Below the pieces are notes generated by a model, which made no database searches, was not told where the DNA came from, and saw nothing but the letters and a program-made list of their open reading frames with translations. A program made the position numbers and the translations under genes. A stretch of 64,000 nt of DNA from an uncultured Gemmatimonadales bacterium (GTDB lineage: Bacteria; Gemmatimonadota; Gemmatimonadetes; Longimicrobiales; RSA9), in assembly GCA_963783305.1 (NCBI GenBank), contig CAWAMW010000007.1, positions 78,220-142,219 of the forward strand, given 5' to 3'. Shown here piece by piece: positions 42,652-50,938 of the stretch (within the stretch, counting starts at the first letter, position 1; each line of letters opens with the position of its first letter).

Positions 42652-45225
42652 ATGATCCGGCAGATTCGGCTGGCGACCCTGTTGTTCCTGGCGACCGGCA
42701 GCGCTGCGTGCGCCACCGCGGGCGCAGCCACTCCCACGCCCCAGGCGGGCCCCGGGAGTGACGCGTCCGCGAAGGTGAAGTCCGTGGACGAGGTGACAAA
42801 GGACAGTCGCCGTATCGACGGGCTCTTCACCCTGTTCCAGGACACCCTGACCGGATCGACGCACGTGCTGGTGCGGCCGGAGCAGTTGGGGCAGGAGTTC
42901 ATCTACTGGGCGCACACCGTGGACGGCGTCGTGGATGCCGGTCATTTCCGGGGCGCGTTCGGGGACAACCGTGTGCTGGCGGTCGAGCGAGATTTCGACC
43001 AGATCCGGTTCGTGGTCCAGCCCACGCAGTTCCACTTCGAGGAAGGCCGCGCACTCAGCAGGGCCGCGGACGCGAACGTGAGCCCGGCTGTCCTGGCCAC
43101 GGAGAAGATCGTGGCGCGTGACACCGCGACGGGGGCGCTCCTGATCGAGGGGGACGGGATCTTCCTCACGGAGGCGCTGGCGCAGGTGAAGCCCTCGCAG
43201 CGGCCGGGCCCCCAACAGGGCTTCTCCCTCGGACAGCTGAGCAAGGGGAAAACGCGGTACGCCGAGCTCCACAACTATCCGGAGAACACCGCGGTGGTGG
43301 TGGACTACGTGTACGACAACCCGTCGCCCACCGCGGGCGGCTCCGACGGCGTCACGGACCCGCGCAGCGTGCGCATCCGGCTCCAGCACACGCTGATCGC
43401 CATGCCCGACAACGACTACTCTCCCCGGTTCGAGGACCCGCGGGTGGGGTACTTCACCGATCGTCAGACCGACATGCTGTCGACCAGCGCCACCCCCTAC
43501 CGCGACCTGGTGAACCGCTGGAACCTGGTGAAGAAGGACCCGTCCGCGGCGGTGTCGGAGCCGGTGGAGCCCATCGTGTGGTGGATCGAGAACACCACCC
43601 CCGAGGTGTTCCGGCCCACGATCCGCGAAGCGCTCCTGCACTGGAACAAGGCGTTCGAGGAAGCCGGGTTCAGGAACGCCATCGAGGTGCGCGTCCAGCC
43701 GGATGACGCGGAGTGGGACGCGGGTGACATCCGCTATAACGTGCTGCGCTGGACGGCGTCGCCCAACCCGCCGTTCGGTGGCTACGGCCCCAGCTTCACG
43801 AACCCGCGGACGGGGCAGATCCTGGGCGCTGACATCATGCTCGAGTACACGTTCGTGACCAACCGACTCCCCCTGGACCGGCTGTTCGAGACCACGGCCC
43901 TGGGCCTGGTCGCGCCGTTCGACGCGGAGGCCGTCACGAGGGCCGAGGCCGCCGGGGCGTGCACCGCGGGCATCCACCTCCACAACGCGGCCCTTTTTGG
44001 GCTCCAGTCGCTGCGGGCGGCGGGGGTGAGCGAGGAGGAGATGAGCGATTTCATCAAGCAGAGCATCCACTACCTGGTGCTCCACGAGGTCGGCCATACC
44101 CTAGGGCTCAACCACAACATGAAGGGGACGCAGCTCTGGTCGCCCGAAGAGGCCCACGACGCGCGGCGCACCGCGGAGGAGGGGCTGTACGCCTCCGTCA
44201 TGGACTACCCGGCCGTGAACCTCGCCCGGGCGGGTCAGACGCAGGGCGAATACTGGATCTCCACCGTCGGTCCGTACGACCGCTGGGCGATCCGGTTCGG
44301 CTACGACCCGATCCTGGACGACGAGGCGGCCATGGCCTCGCTGCTGGCCGAGTCCACCGACCCACGCCACGTCTTCGGCAACGACGCGGATGACATGCGG
44401 TCGCCCGGCAAGGCCATCGACCCGCGCGTCAACATCTACGACATGAGTACGGACGCCATCGGGTACGCGTCGTGGCTCATGGAGCACGCCCGCGGCCTGC
44501 AGGACGGGCTGCTCGACCGGTACTCGAAAAAGGGGGAGTCGTACCACCAGCTGCGCAACGCCTACATGCTCCTGACTGGACAGCAGGCGACCGCTGCCGG
44601 TGTGATCAGCCGGTATATCGGCGGGGTCTACGTGGATCGTGGGATGCACGGCCAGCCGGGCGCCACTCAACCGTTCACGCCCGTGAGTCGCGCCGACCAG
44701 AAGCGCGCCATGGACGCCCTGGCCCGGAACCTGTTCGCGCCGGACGCGTGGAGCGCCGACCCGGAGCTGCTCGCGCACCTGGCCATGCAGCGCCGCGGCT
44801 TTGACTTCTTCGCGGGCACCGAAGACCCCAAGATCCACGACCGGGCGCTCAACGCCCAGCGCGCGGTTCTGAACCACGTCCTTCACCCCGTCGTCCTGAA
44901 GCGGATCACCGACTCGCGCCTCTACGGCAACGGGTATCCGCTGGCCGAGATGCTGTCGGATCTCACCGACGCCGCTTTCGCTACGGACCGCGCCACCAAC
45001 GTCAACACGTTCAGGCAAAACCTCCAGGTGGAGTACGTGGACCGGCTGGCGGAGATCGCCGTCGAGAGCGAGGAGAACCGCTACGACTTCGTCGCGCGCG
45101 GCGCCGCGCTGGCCAACCTCCAGCGCATCGACCGCATGCTCGCGGGGAAGGGCGGCAACGCTGAGACGCGGGCACATACCGCGCACGTTCGGCACCTGAT
45201 CGCCCGCGCGCTGGACACCGACTGA
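42652..45225 (+). CDS. Secreted zinc-dependent metalloprotease (met-zincin; DUF4953/DUF5117-like family)
   Basis: Signal peptide plus lipobox-like AAC. Zincin motif HEVGHTLGLNHN followed by SVMDY (Met-turn). Confidence 0.8.
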   Translation: MIRQIRLATLLFLATGSAACATAGAATPTPQAGPGSDASAKVKSVDEVTKDSRRIDGLFTLFQDTLTGSTHVLVRPEQLGQEFIYWAHTVDGVVDAGHFRGAFGDNRVLAVERDFDQIRFVVQPTQFHFEEGRALSRAADANVSPAVLATEKIVARDTATGALLIEGDGIFLTEALAQVKPSQRPGPQQGFSLGQLSKGKTRYAELHNYPENTAVVVDYVYDNPSPTAGGSDGVTDPRSVRIRLQHTLIAMPDNDYSPRFEDPRVGYFTDRQTDMLSTSATPYRDLVNRWNLVKKDPSAAVSEPVEPIVWWIENTTPEVFRPTIREALLHWNKAFEEAGFRNAIEVRVQPDDAEWDAGDIRYNVLRWTASPNPPFGGYGPSFTNPRTGQILGADIMLEYTFVTNRLPLDRLFETTALGLVAPFDAEAVTRAEAAGACTAGIHLHNAALFGLQSLRAAGVSEEEMSDFIKQSIHYLVLHEVGHTLGLNHNMKGTQLWSPEEAHDARRTAEEGLYASVMDYPAVNLARAGQTQGEYWISTVGPYDRWAIRFGYDPILDDEAAMASLLAESTDPRHVFGNDADDMRSPGKAIDPRVNIYDMSTDAIGYASWLMEHARGLQDGLLDRYSKKGESYHQLRNAYMLLTGQQATAAGVISRYIGGVYVDRGMHGQPGATQPFTPVSRADQKRAMDALARNLFAPDAWSADPELLAHLAMQRRGFDFFAGTEDPKIHDRALNAQRAVLNHVLHPVVLKRITDSRLYGNGYPLAEMLSDLTDAAFATDRATNVNTFRQNLQVEYVDRLAEIAVESEENRYDFVARGAALANLQRIDRMLAGKGGNAETRAHTAHVRHLIARALDTD

Positions 45226-45233
45226 TGTCGGGA

Positions 45234-45259
45234 CGGGGGGCCGGACACGGCCGGCCCCC
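45234..45259 (+). terminator. Hairpin terminator candidate (GGGGGGCCGG-acac-GGCCGGCCCCCC)
   Basis: Perfect GC stem immediately after the metalloprotease stop. Confidence 0.45.
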
Positions 45260-45277
45260 CGCATCCTGACCGAGATC

Positions 45278-45637
45278 ATGCGCATCTGGGATGTAGCCCC
45301 TGCCACGCTCTGCCGGAGCCACCTTCTGGGCGAGCACCGGGAGTTGCACGGGCTGTGGAACATCCTCACCCGGGACCTCCGCGGCTACCGCTCACATCCG
45401 GAGACGCGGCGATGGGTGGGAAAGCTCGCGGCGCTGTATGCCCGGCACGAGGAGCTGGTGGTGGAGATGGCCCGTCGTGGGTACCGGCACGCGTCGCCGC
45501 TGGATTCCGCGCTCGCCACCGGCTCGAGCACGCAGACGGAGTTCATTGATCCGGTGGAGCGCCAGCGCGAGATCCTGCGCGAGAAGCCCTGCGAGTGTCC
45601 CCTCGCACGGACCGGAGAGGACCCGCATGTCGGATGA
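45278..45637 (+). CDS. Pyrimidine dimer DNA glycosylase / endonuclease V (DenV-like) family protein
   Basis: N-terminus MRIWDVAPATLCRSHLLGEHRELHGLW aligns with the T4 endoV family N-terminus ([27 protein letters not shown]), including the catalytic N-terminal region and conserved ExREL. Size about 119 aa. Confidence 0.6.
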   Translation: MRIWDVAPATLCRSHLLGEHRELHGLWNILTRDLRGYRSHPETRRWVGKLAALYARHEELVVEMARRGYRHASPLDSALATGSSTQTEFIDPVERQREILREKPCECPLARTGEDPHVG

Positions 45638-45810
45638 GAAGCTCGACCAGCGGCTGAGCCTGATCACGCTGGGCGTCGAGGAGCCGGCTTCCCCATCGGC
45701 GCCGATGGGACCACCGAGATCGGCGATCCGGCCTGATCGCACCCCCGGGCGTGCCGTGGGCGACGTCCTGAACCGTGCGTCCGCTCGGCGCGTCCTCTAT
45801 CTTTGGAGCC

Positions 45811-46551
45811 ATGACGTCTGAGCCCAGCAGCCTCCGCGGTTTCCGCGACCAGACCATCGACGACCTCTGCCGCCGGTTCGCGGCCGATGAGCTGTCCATG
45901 GCCGACCTCGAGCGCCGACTCGAAAAGGCGCGGGCGGCGCGGACACGAGCGGAGCTGAGCGCTCTGCTCGACGACCTCCGGCCTGCGCAGCCTGCCGTCT
46001 CCAGCACCGCACCGTCCCGGCCGCCGGCGCGCGCGCGGAAACAGCCGCCCAGCCGGCCGGGCTCCATTCCCGAGGCCGCCACCTCGGCGCGTTCTTCGGT
46101 CCCCCGTGGGGCCCCGCAGCTCCGGCAGGCGAGCAGCCTGGCGTTTGCAGTCATGGGCGGCACCCGCCGGGCGGGTCGCTGGGTTCCCCCGTCCACGATG
46201 TCCGCCGTGGCCATCATGGGAGGGGTCGAGCTGGATTTCCGCAACGCGGTCTTCACGGGCGGTGTGGTGGAGATCAACTGCTTCGCGTTCTGGGGCGGCG
46301 TGGAAATCATCGTGCCGCCCGACGTGCACGTAGACACCCACGGCTTCGCCGTCCTGGGGGGATTCGACCAGACGGCGGCGCTGGATACGGCCCCGGCTCC
46401 GGACGCACCCACGATCCGGATCAACGGGTTCGCGCTCATGGGCGCGGTGGAGGTGAAGGTGGCGGTGCGGGAGGCGAGTGATGGTAGCAGGGGTCGGGGC
46501 GCTGGGGGCGCGCGACTCGAGCGTGGCAGGTCCTGGGGACTCGAGGGCTGA
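45811..46551 (+). CDS. DUF1707 / LiaF-C-terminal-like (cell wall-active antibiotic response) domain protein
   Basis: N-terminal DUF1707 signature (DDLCRRFAADELSMADLERRLEKARAARTRAELSALLDDLRP). C-terminal repeated beta-strand segments (GGVELDF, GGVEII, GAVEVKV) typical of LiaF-like C-terminal domains. Confidence 0.7.
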   Translation: MTSEPSSLRGFRDQTIDDLCRRFAADELSMADLERRLEKARAARTRAELSALLDDLRPAQPAVSSTAPSRPPARARKQPPSRPGSIPEAATSARSSVPRGAPQLRQASSLAFAVMGGTRRAGRWVPPSTMSAVAIMGGVELDFRNAVFTGGVVEINCFAFWGGVEIIVPPDVHVDTHGFAVLGGFDQTAALDTAPAPDAPTIRINGFALMGAVEVKVAVREASDGSRGRGAGGARLERGRSWGLEG

Positions 46552-47534
46552 TGCGGGGATACTTTAAGGGCGCGCTTCTGCTGACGACTCTCCTGCTGGC
46601 GCCAGTGGCGGCCCCTGCCCAGGAGGCGCTCCTGCTGGTGGTCAACAAGAGCGAGAGCTCTCTCTCGCTGATAGCTCCGGCGACCGGGGAGGAGGTCGGC
46701 CGCGTGAGCACGGCCTTCGCACCGCACGAGGTGGCGGTGTCGCGGGACGGCCGCTGGGCCTACGTGACCGACTACGGTACGGGGCCGCGCCCCGGCCGCA
46801 CCGTGACCGTCATCGACGTCCCGGGCCGGCGGGTGGCGCGCACGCTGGACCTGGGTCGTCATACCCGGCCGCATGGCGTCGCGGTGGCTCCGGATGGAAC
46901 GCTCTGGATCACGACGGAGGGCACGGCCCACGCGCTCCGCGTGGACCCGGAGACTGGCGCGATCCTGACGGAGGCGGAGACGGGCGAGCGGGTCACGCAC
47001 ATGGTGGTGGTCTCCACCTCGGCGAATCGGCTGTACACCGCCAACATCGGGAGTGGCACCGTCACGGCCCTGGACGGGGAGACGGGCGCCGTGATGGCGC
47101 AGATCGAGACGGGAGCGGGGACCGAGGGTCTGGCGCTGTCGCCGGACGGCTGGAAGGTGTACGCGAGCAACCGTGAAGCAGGGACGTTGAGCGAGATCGA
47201 TGTCGAGACGAACCAAGTCGCCCGGACCCTCGACGTGGGGGCGTTCCCTATCCGGGTCGAGGTGCTCCCGGACGGCCGGCGAGCGCTGGTCTCGAATGCG
47301 CAGGCGGACGAGCTGGCGGTGGTGGATCTCGAGAAGTGGCGCGTGGAGCGCAGGATCCCGGTGGGCGCAGTGCCGGTCGGCATACAGATCGCGCCGGACG
47401 GGAAGAGGGCGTACGTAGCGAACACACAGGCGGACAGGGTGAGCGTTGTGGATCTGACGAGCTGGCAAGTGGTGGGAAGCATCGTTGCAGGACGGGAGCC
47501 GGACGGAATGGCCTGGGTCGAGGGGGCGCAGTGA
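46551..47534 (+). CDS. YVTN-family beta-propeller repeat protein, secreted
   Basis: Signal peptide. Repeated 40-residue units (YVTDYGTG, YTANIGSGTV, YASNREAGTLSEID, YVANTQADRVSVVDL). Stop overlaps the gltX GTG start. Confidence 0.75.
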   Translation: MRGYFKGALLLTTLLLAPVAAPAQEALLLVVNKSESSLSLIAPATGEEVGRVSTAFAPHEVAVSRDGRWAYVTDYGTGPRPGRTVTVIDVPGRRVARTLDLGRHTRPHGVAVAPDGTLWITTEGTAHALRVDPETGAILTEAETGERVTHMVVVSTSANRLYTANIGSGTVTALDGETGAVMAQIETGAGTEGLALSPDGWKVYASNREAGTLSEIDVETNQVARTLDVGAFPIRVEVLPDGRRALVSNAQADELAVVDLEKWRVERRIPVGAVPVGIQIAPDGKRAYVANTQADRVSVVDLTSWQVVGSIVAGREPDGMAWVEGAQ

Positions 47535-48991
47535 GCGAGGTACGGGTTCGATTCGCACCGTCGCCCACGGGCTATCTCCATGTGGGTGGCGCCCGCACAG
47601 CGCTCTTCAACTGGCTGTACGCGCGGCGGCACGGCGGCACCTTCATCCTGCGGATCGAGGACACGGACCGTGAGCGCTCCAGCGACGCAATGGTGCAGGC
47701 GATCCTGGACGGGATGTCCTGGCTGGGCATGGCGGCGGACGAGGGGCCGGTGCACCAGGCGGACGGGTTGAAACGGCACCGTCGCGACGCCCTCCGTCTG
47801 CTCGAGGATGGGAAGGCCTATCGCTGCTTCTGTACACCGGAAGAGCTGGACACCAAGCGCACGGACGCGGAGGCGGGAGGGGGCGGATATCGCTACGACC
47901 GCCACTGTTCGCTCCATGTCCCGCCCGCGGAGGCGGAGCAGAGGGCGGCGGCGGGCGAGCCGTTCACCGTCCGGTTCAGGGTGCCGGAGGGGGAGACCGC
48001 ATGGGACGACATCGTCCACGACCGAACGCGCTTCGACAACGCCGACATCGAGGACTTCATCATCCTCCGAACGGACGGCACCCCCATCTACAACCTGGCG
48101 GTGGTCAGCGACGACCGGGAGATGCGGGTCAGCCACGTCATCCGGGGCGATGACCACCTGTCGAACACGCCCAAGCAGATCATGCTGTACGAGGCGCTGG
48201 GGTGGGAAACGCCCGCCTTCGCCCACCTGCCCATGATCCTGGGGAGCGATGGCAGGCGGCTGAGCAAGCGCCACGGCGCCACCGCGGTCGGACAGTACCG
48301 GGAGGAAGGGATCCTGTCCGGAGCCATGGTCAACTTCCTGGCGCTCCTCGGCTGGTCGCCCGGGGACGATACGGAGGTGATGGACCTGCCGGAGCTGGTG
48401 GACCGCTTCGAGCTGGAGCGGGTGAACAAGAAGAGCGCCGTGTTCGATACCGAGAAGCTGGAATGGCTGAACGGTCAGCATCTGAATCGGATGGCCCCCG
48501 AGTCGCTGGAGCCGCTGGTGACGGACCTGCTGGTTCGTCGGGGAGCCGCGAGCGCCGAGGCACTGGTCACTGACCGTGAGCGTTACCTTCGTGTGATCTC
48601 GCTGCTCCGCGACAGGGCGCGTACCGTGGACGACATCGCGGACCGCGCCAACCCCTACCTGACCGATCAGATCGAGTACGACCCGGCGGCCGTCGAGAAG
48701 CACTGGTCGAAAAAGCCCGAGGAAGTGGTGGAGCGGCTGCGCAGCATGCGGGAGGCGTACGGAGAAGTCGAGCGTTGGGAGGAGGGGCTGCTGGAGGAGG
48801 TGCTTCGCGCCCTGGCGGTGGAACTGGATGTGGGAGCGGGGAAGCTGATCCACCCGCTCCGCGTCGCGGTGACCGGCCAGGCGGTGTCCCCCGGCATTTT
48901 CGAGGTGCTGGTGGCCATGGGGAGGGAGCGGACGCTGGCCCGCCTGGATGCCGCCATCGGTCGCATTCAGACCGAGACTCACGTCGGTTGA
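47531..48991 (+). CDS. gltX: Glutamate--tRNA ligase
   Basis: GTG start. Class I HIGH motif (PSPTGYLHVGGART). KMSKS variant (RLSKRHG). No Zn-binding Cys motif seen. The ORF-track extension to 47336 was rejected. Confidence 0.9.
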   Translation: MSEVRVRFAPSPTGYLHVGGARTALFNWLYARRHGGTFILRIEDTDRERSSDAMVQAILDGMSWLGMAADEGPVHQADGLKRHRRDALRLLEDGKAYRCFCTPEELDTKRTDAEAGGGGYRYDRHCSLHVPPAEAEQRAAAGEPFTVRFRVPEGETAWDDIVHDRTRFDNADIEDFIILRTDGTPIYNLAVVSDDREMRVSHVIRGDDHLSNTPKQIMLYEALGWETPAFAHLPMILGSDGRRLSKRHGATAVGQYREEGILSGAMVNFLALLGWSPGDDTEVMDLPELVDRFELERVNKKSAVFDTEKLEWLNGQHLNRMAPESLEPLVTDLLVRRGAASAEALVTDRERYLRVISLLRDRARTVDDIADRANPYLTDQIEYDPAAVEKHWSKKPEEVVERLRSMREAYGEVERWEEGLLEEVLRALAVELDVGAGKLIHPLRVAVTGQAVSPGIFEVLVAMGRERTLARLDAAIGRIQTETHVG

Positions 48992-49054
48992 CACGGCACC
49001 GGGCCGCCTTTACCCTGCCACGTGTGCGGGTCGCTGTTCGGCCGCTCGCCCGAA

Positions 49055-49126
49055 TGCCCCTTGGTGTAACTGGCAACACGTCTGATTCTGGATCAGAAGA
49101 GTCCTGGTTCGAGCCCAGGAGGGGCA
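49055..49126 (+). tRNA. tRNA-Gln (anticodon CTG)
   Basis: Hand-folded cloverleaf: acceptor TGCCCCT/AGGGGCA; D-arm GTGT-AACTGGCA-ACAC; anticodon stem TCTGA/TCAGA with loop TTCTGGA (anticodon CTG); T-arm CCTGG-TTCGAGC-CCAGG. No encoded CCA. Confidence 0.85.
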
Positions 49127-49129
49127 ACT

Positions 49130-49801
49130 ATGCCTAATCCGCTGACGGACCTCGAACGGGATGTCCTCGACTACCTCGTCGATTACGTCCGTACGAACAC
49201 CTACCAGCCCTCGATCCGTGAGATTGGGGGCGAGTTCGGCATCAAGAGCACCAAGACCGTCTCGGAGGTGCTCCAGTCGCTGGCCGACAAGGGCTGGATC
49301 GAACGCAACTCCTCGCGCTCGCGCGGTGTTCGCCTCCTGGGCCTCGAACTGGGCGCCGACGTGGTGTCCGTCCCGCACATCGACGTCCACCTGAGCGATC
49401 CATCCCTCGACGAGCCCATCGACAGCCTCACGCTGGATCGGCGGATCGCAGGGTCGGCCGGCAGCTTCTTCGTGAGCATGGTCGGCGACGCGATGCGCGA
49501 GGAGGGGATCCGGGATGGCGACCTGGTGCTCGTGGAGCCGCTCCCGGAGGTGGCCCTCATCGACGGCGACCTGGTGCTCTGCAGGCTGGACGGAGAGGCC
49601 ACCGTCCGGCGGCTGCGTCGACAGGACGGCCGCGTCCTGCTCGAGGCCGGCCGTCTCGCGCAGACGTCCGCGATGGTCGACCCGCGGGGGTCCAACCACG
49701 TCCTCGGGCGCGTAGCCGCGGTGGTCCGGAGACTCCGCACCGACCGGCCGATGGGGCAGATGGCCACCGAGCCGCTGGACGAGGGCGTTCCCGCGAGCTG
49801 A
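49130..49801 (+). CDS. lexA: LexA repressor (S24 peptidase family)
   Basis: N-terminal winged HTH (LTDLERDVLDYLVDYVRTNTYQPSIREIG...GWIERN). C-terminal S24 domain with catalytic Ser (MVGDAMRE, cf. GDSM) and Lys region. Starts 3 nt after the tRNA 3' end. Confidence 0.85.
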   Translation: MPNPLTDLERDVLDYLVDYVRTNTYQPSIREIGGEFGIKSTKTVSEVLQSLADKGWIERNSSRSRGVRLLGLELGADVVSVPHIDVHLSDPSLDEPIDSLTLDRRIAGSAGSFFVSMVGDAMREEGIRDGDLVLVEPLPEVALIDGDLVLCRLDGEATVRRLRRQDGRVLLEAGRLAQTSAMVDPRGSNHVLGRVAAVVRRLRTDRPMGQMATEPLDEGVPAS

Positions 49802-49804
49802 GGG

Positions 49805-50299
49805 GTGATCCGCCACGAGCGTGCTCCCACGGATACCGGGCGCCCGGCCGGTGCCGGGGACGAGTACTGGATGCGGAGGGCTCTTTCGCAGGCCCGGATC
49901 GCGGCCGCCGCCGACGAGGTGCCCGTAGGAGCCGTGGTGGTGGTCGATGACCAGCTCATCGCCGAAGCCCACAACCAGCCTCGGTCCCTCCACGACCCCA
50001 CCGCTCACGCCGAAGTGCTCGCACTTCGCTCCGCCGCCGCATCCCTCGGCCACTGGTGGCTGAACGGAGCTACGCTCTACGTCACTCTGGAACCGTGCGC
50101 CATGTGCGCTGGCGCCACCGTGCTCTCCCGGATCGACCGGCTGGTCTACGCCGCACCCGACCCGAAAGCCGGCATGGCCGGATCCCTCGCCTGTATCCCG
50201 CAGGACCCCCGGCTGAACCACCACGTGGAGATCGTCGGCGGGGTGCTGGAGGATGAGGCCGCGGAGATGTTGAGGGAGTTTTTCAGGGCGCGGCGATAG
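49805..50299 (+). CDS. tadA: tRNA adenosine(34) deaminase
   Basis: CDA-fold zinc motifs HAEVLAL and TLEPCAMCAG. GTG start 4 nt after the lexA stop (alternative ATG at 49871). Confidence 0.85.
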   Translation: MIRHERAPTDTGRPAGAGDEYWMRRALSQARIAAAADEVPVGAVVVVDDQLIAEAHNQPRSLHDPTAHAEVLALRSAAASLGHWWLNGATLYVTLEPCAMCAGATVLSRIDRLVYAAPDPKAGMAGSLACIPQDPRLNHHVEIVGGVLEDEAAEMLREFFRARR

Positions 50300-50765
50300 C
50301 GGAAACACAGAACACAGAACACAGAACACAGGGCACAGGGCACAGGGCACAGGGCACAGGGCACAGGGCACAGGGCACAGGGCACAGGGCAGGAGGCGCC
50401 TTAGGGTCGGGTCCGGAGAGTGTGGCGGTAGGCGTGTAATTGGCGGTAAAGGTTTTCGTACTGGTCTCTGGTGGCGGCGAGGAGTTGGGGGGGACCGCGG
50501 ACGCGTTGTGGTTGATGATGCGGAGGCAGGCGATCACCTCCACCAGGGAGCCGAGGGCGAATTGGATGAAGCGTGCGGCATCCCGGCCGGTGCGGCGCTC
50601 CGTCGACTCCGCGATGTTGAGGACCACGCTGACGCTCGCCCGGCGAAGTTGCTCCGAGAGGTTGAATCGCTCGGCCGATGGAAGCATCGCTGCCGTCTCA
50701 TACGCGAGCGTCAGACACTCTTCAGCTCGTCTATAAACCCGGAGATCCTCGAACACGAACGCCAT
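50283..50765 (-). CDS. Four-helix-bundle protein (23S rRNA intervening-sequence protein / Avd-like family); 3' end uncertain because the ORF reads through the heptamer repeat
   Basis: Start MAFVFEDLRVYRRAEEC...AIACLRIIN matches the TIGR02436-type four-helix-bundle family over about 115 aa. The remaining about 45 aa (..PPALCPVPCALCPVP..) are encoded by low-complexity and repeat DNA, so the true stop or tail is doubtful. Confidence 0.65.
   Translation of the reverse strand: MAFVFEDLRVYRRAEECLTLAYETAAMLPSAERFNLSEQLRRASVSVVLNIAESTERRTGRDAARFIQFALGSLVEVIACLRIINHNASAVPPNSSPPPETSTKTFTANYTPTATLSGPDPKAPPALCPVPCALCPVPCALCPVPCVLCSVFCVSAIAAP
50305..50388. repeat. Heptanucleotide tandem repeat: (CACAGAA)x3 + (CACAGGG)x9 (reverse complement YYCTGTG), 12 units
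   Basis: Direct reading. Creates the artefactual CALCPVP-repeat ORFs on the minus strand and the tail of the four-helix-bundle ORF. Confidence 0.85.
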
Positions 50766-50865
50766 GCCCCCAAACAAAGCCCCCCCGAGGGGCAACACCA
50801 TGGCCAGTGGGGTCAGGACCCCCCCTCGAGCAGATCCGCTCGTCGTACAATTTGCGAACCATGCC

Positions 50866-50935
50866 CTGTGAACTGGGCGCTTTAATCTGTAATCTGTGAC
50901 CTGTAATCTGTGACCCGTAATCTGTGACCTTATAA
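50866..50935. repeat. 12-14-bp tandem repeat (GTAATCTGTGACC x3-4) ending in CTTATAAGCCGTGACC, abutting the start of the dehydrogenase gene
   Basis: Direct reading: taatctg taatctgtgacc tgtaatctgtgacc cgtaatctgtgacc ttataagccgtgacc. Same TCTGT core as the repeats at 12052 and 50305. Confidence 0.7.
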
Positions 50936-50938
50936 GCC

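Noticed and set aside
45627-45821. Calling the small ORF after the DenV-like gene as a confident CDS
   Set aside because: Only its first about 20 residues resemble a known fold (VOC beta1). The rest is low-complexity and overlaps the next gene's start. It is kept as a possible remnant in the findings, not as a feature.
49010-50371. 453-aa minus-strand ORF and the 50146-50385 ORF that begin with MPCALCPVPCALCPV
   Set aside because: Their starts are artefacts of the heptamer repeat (CACAGGG)n read in reverse. The bodies are antisense to lexA and tadA.
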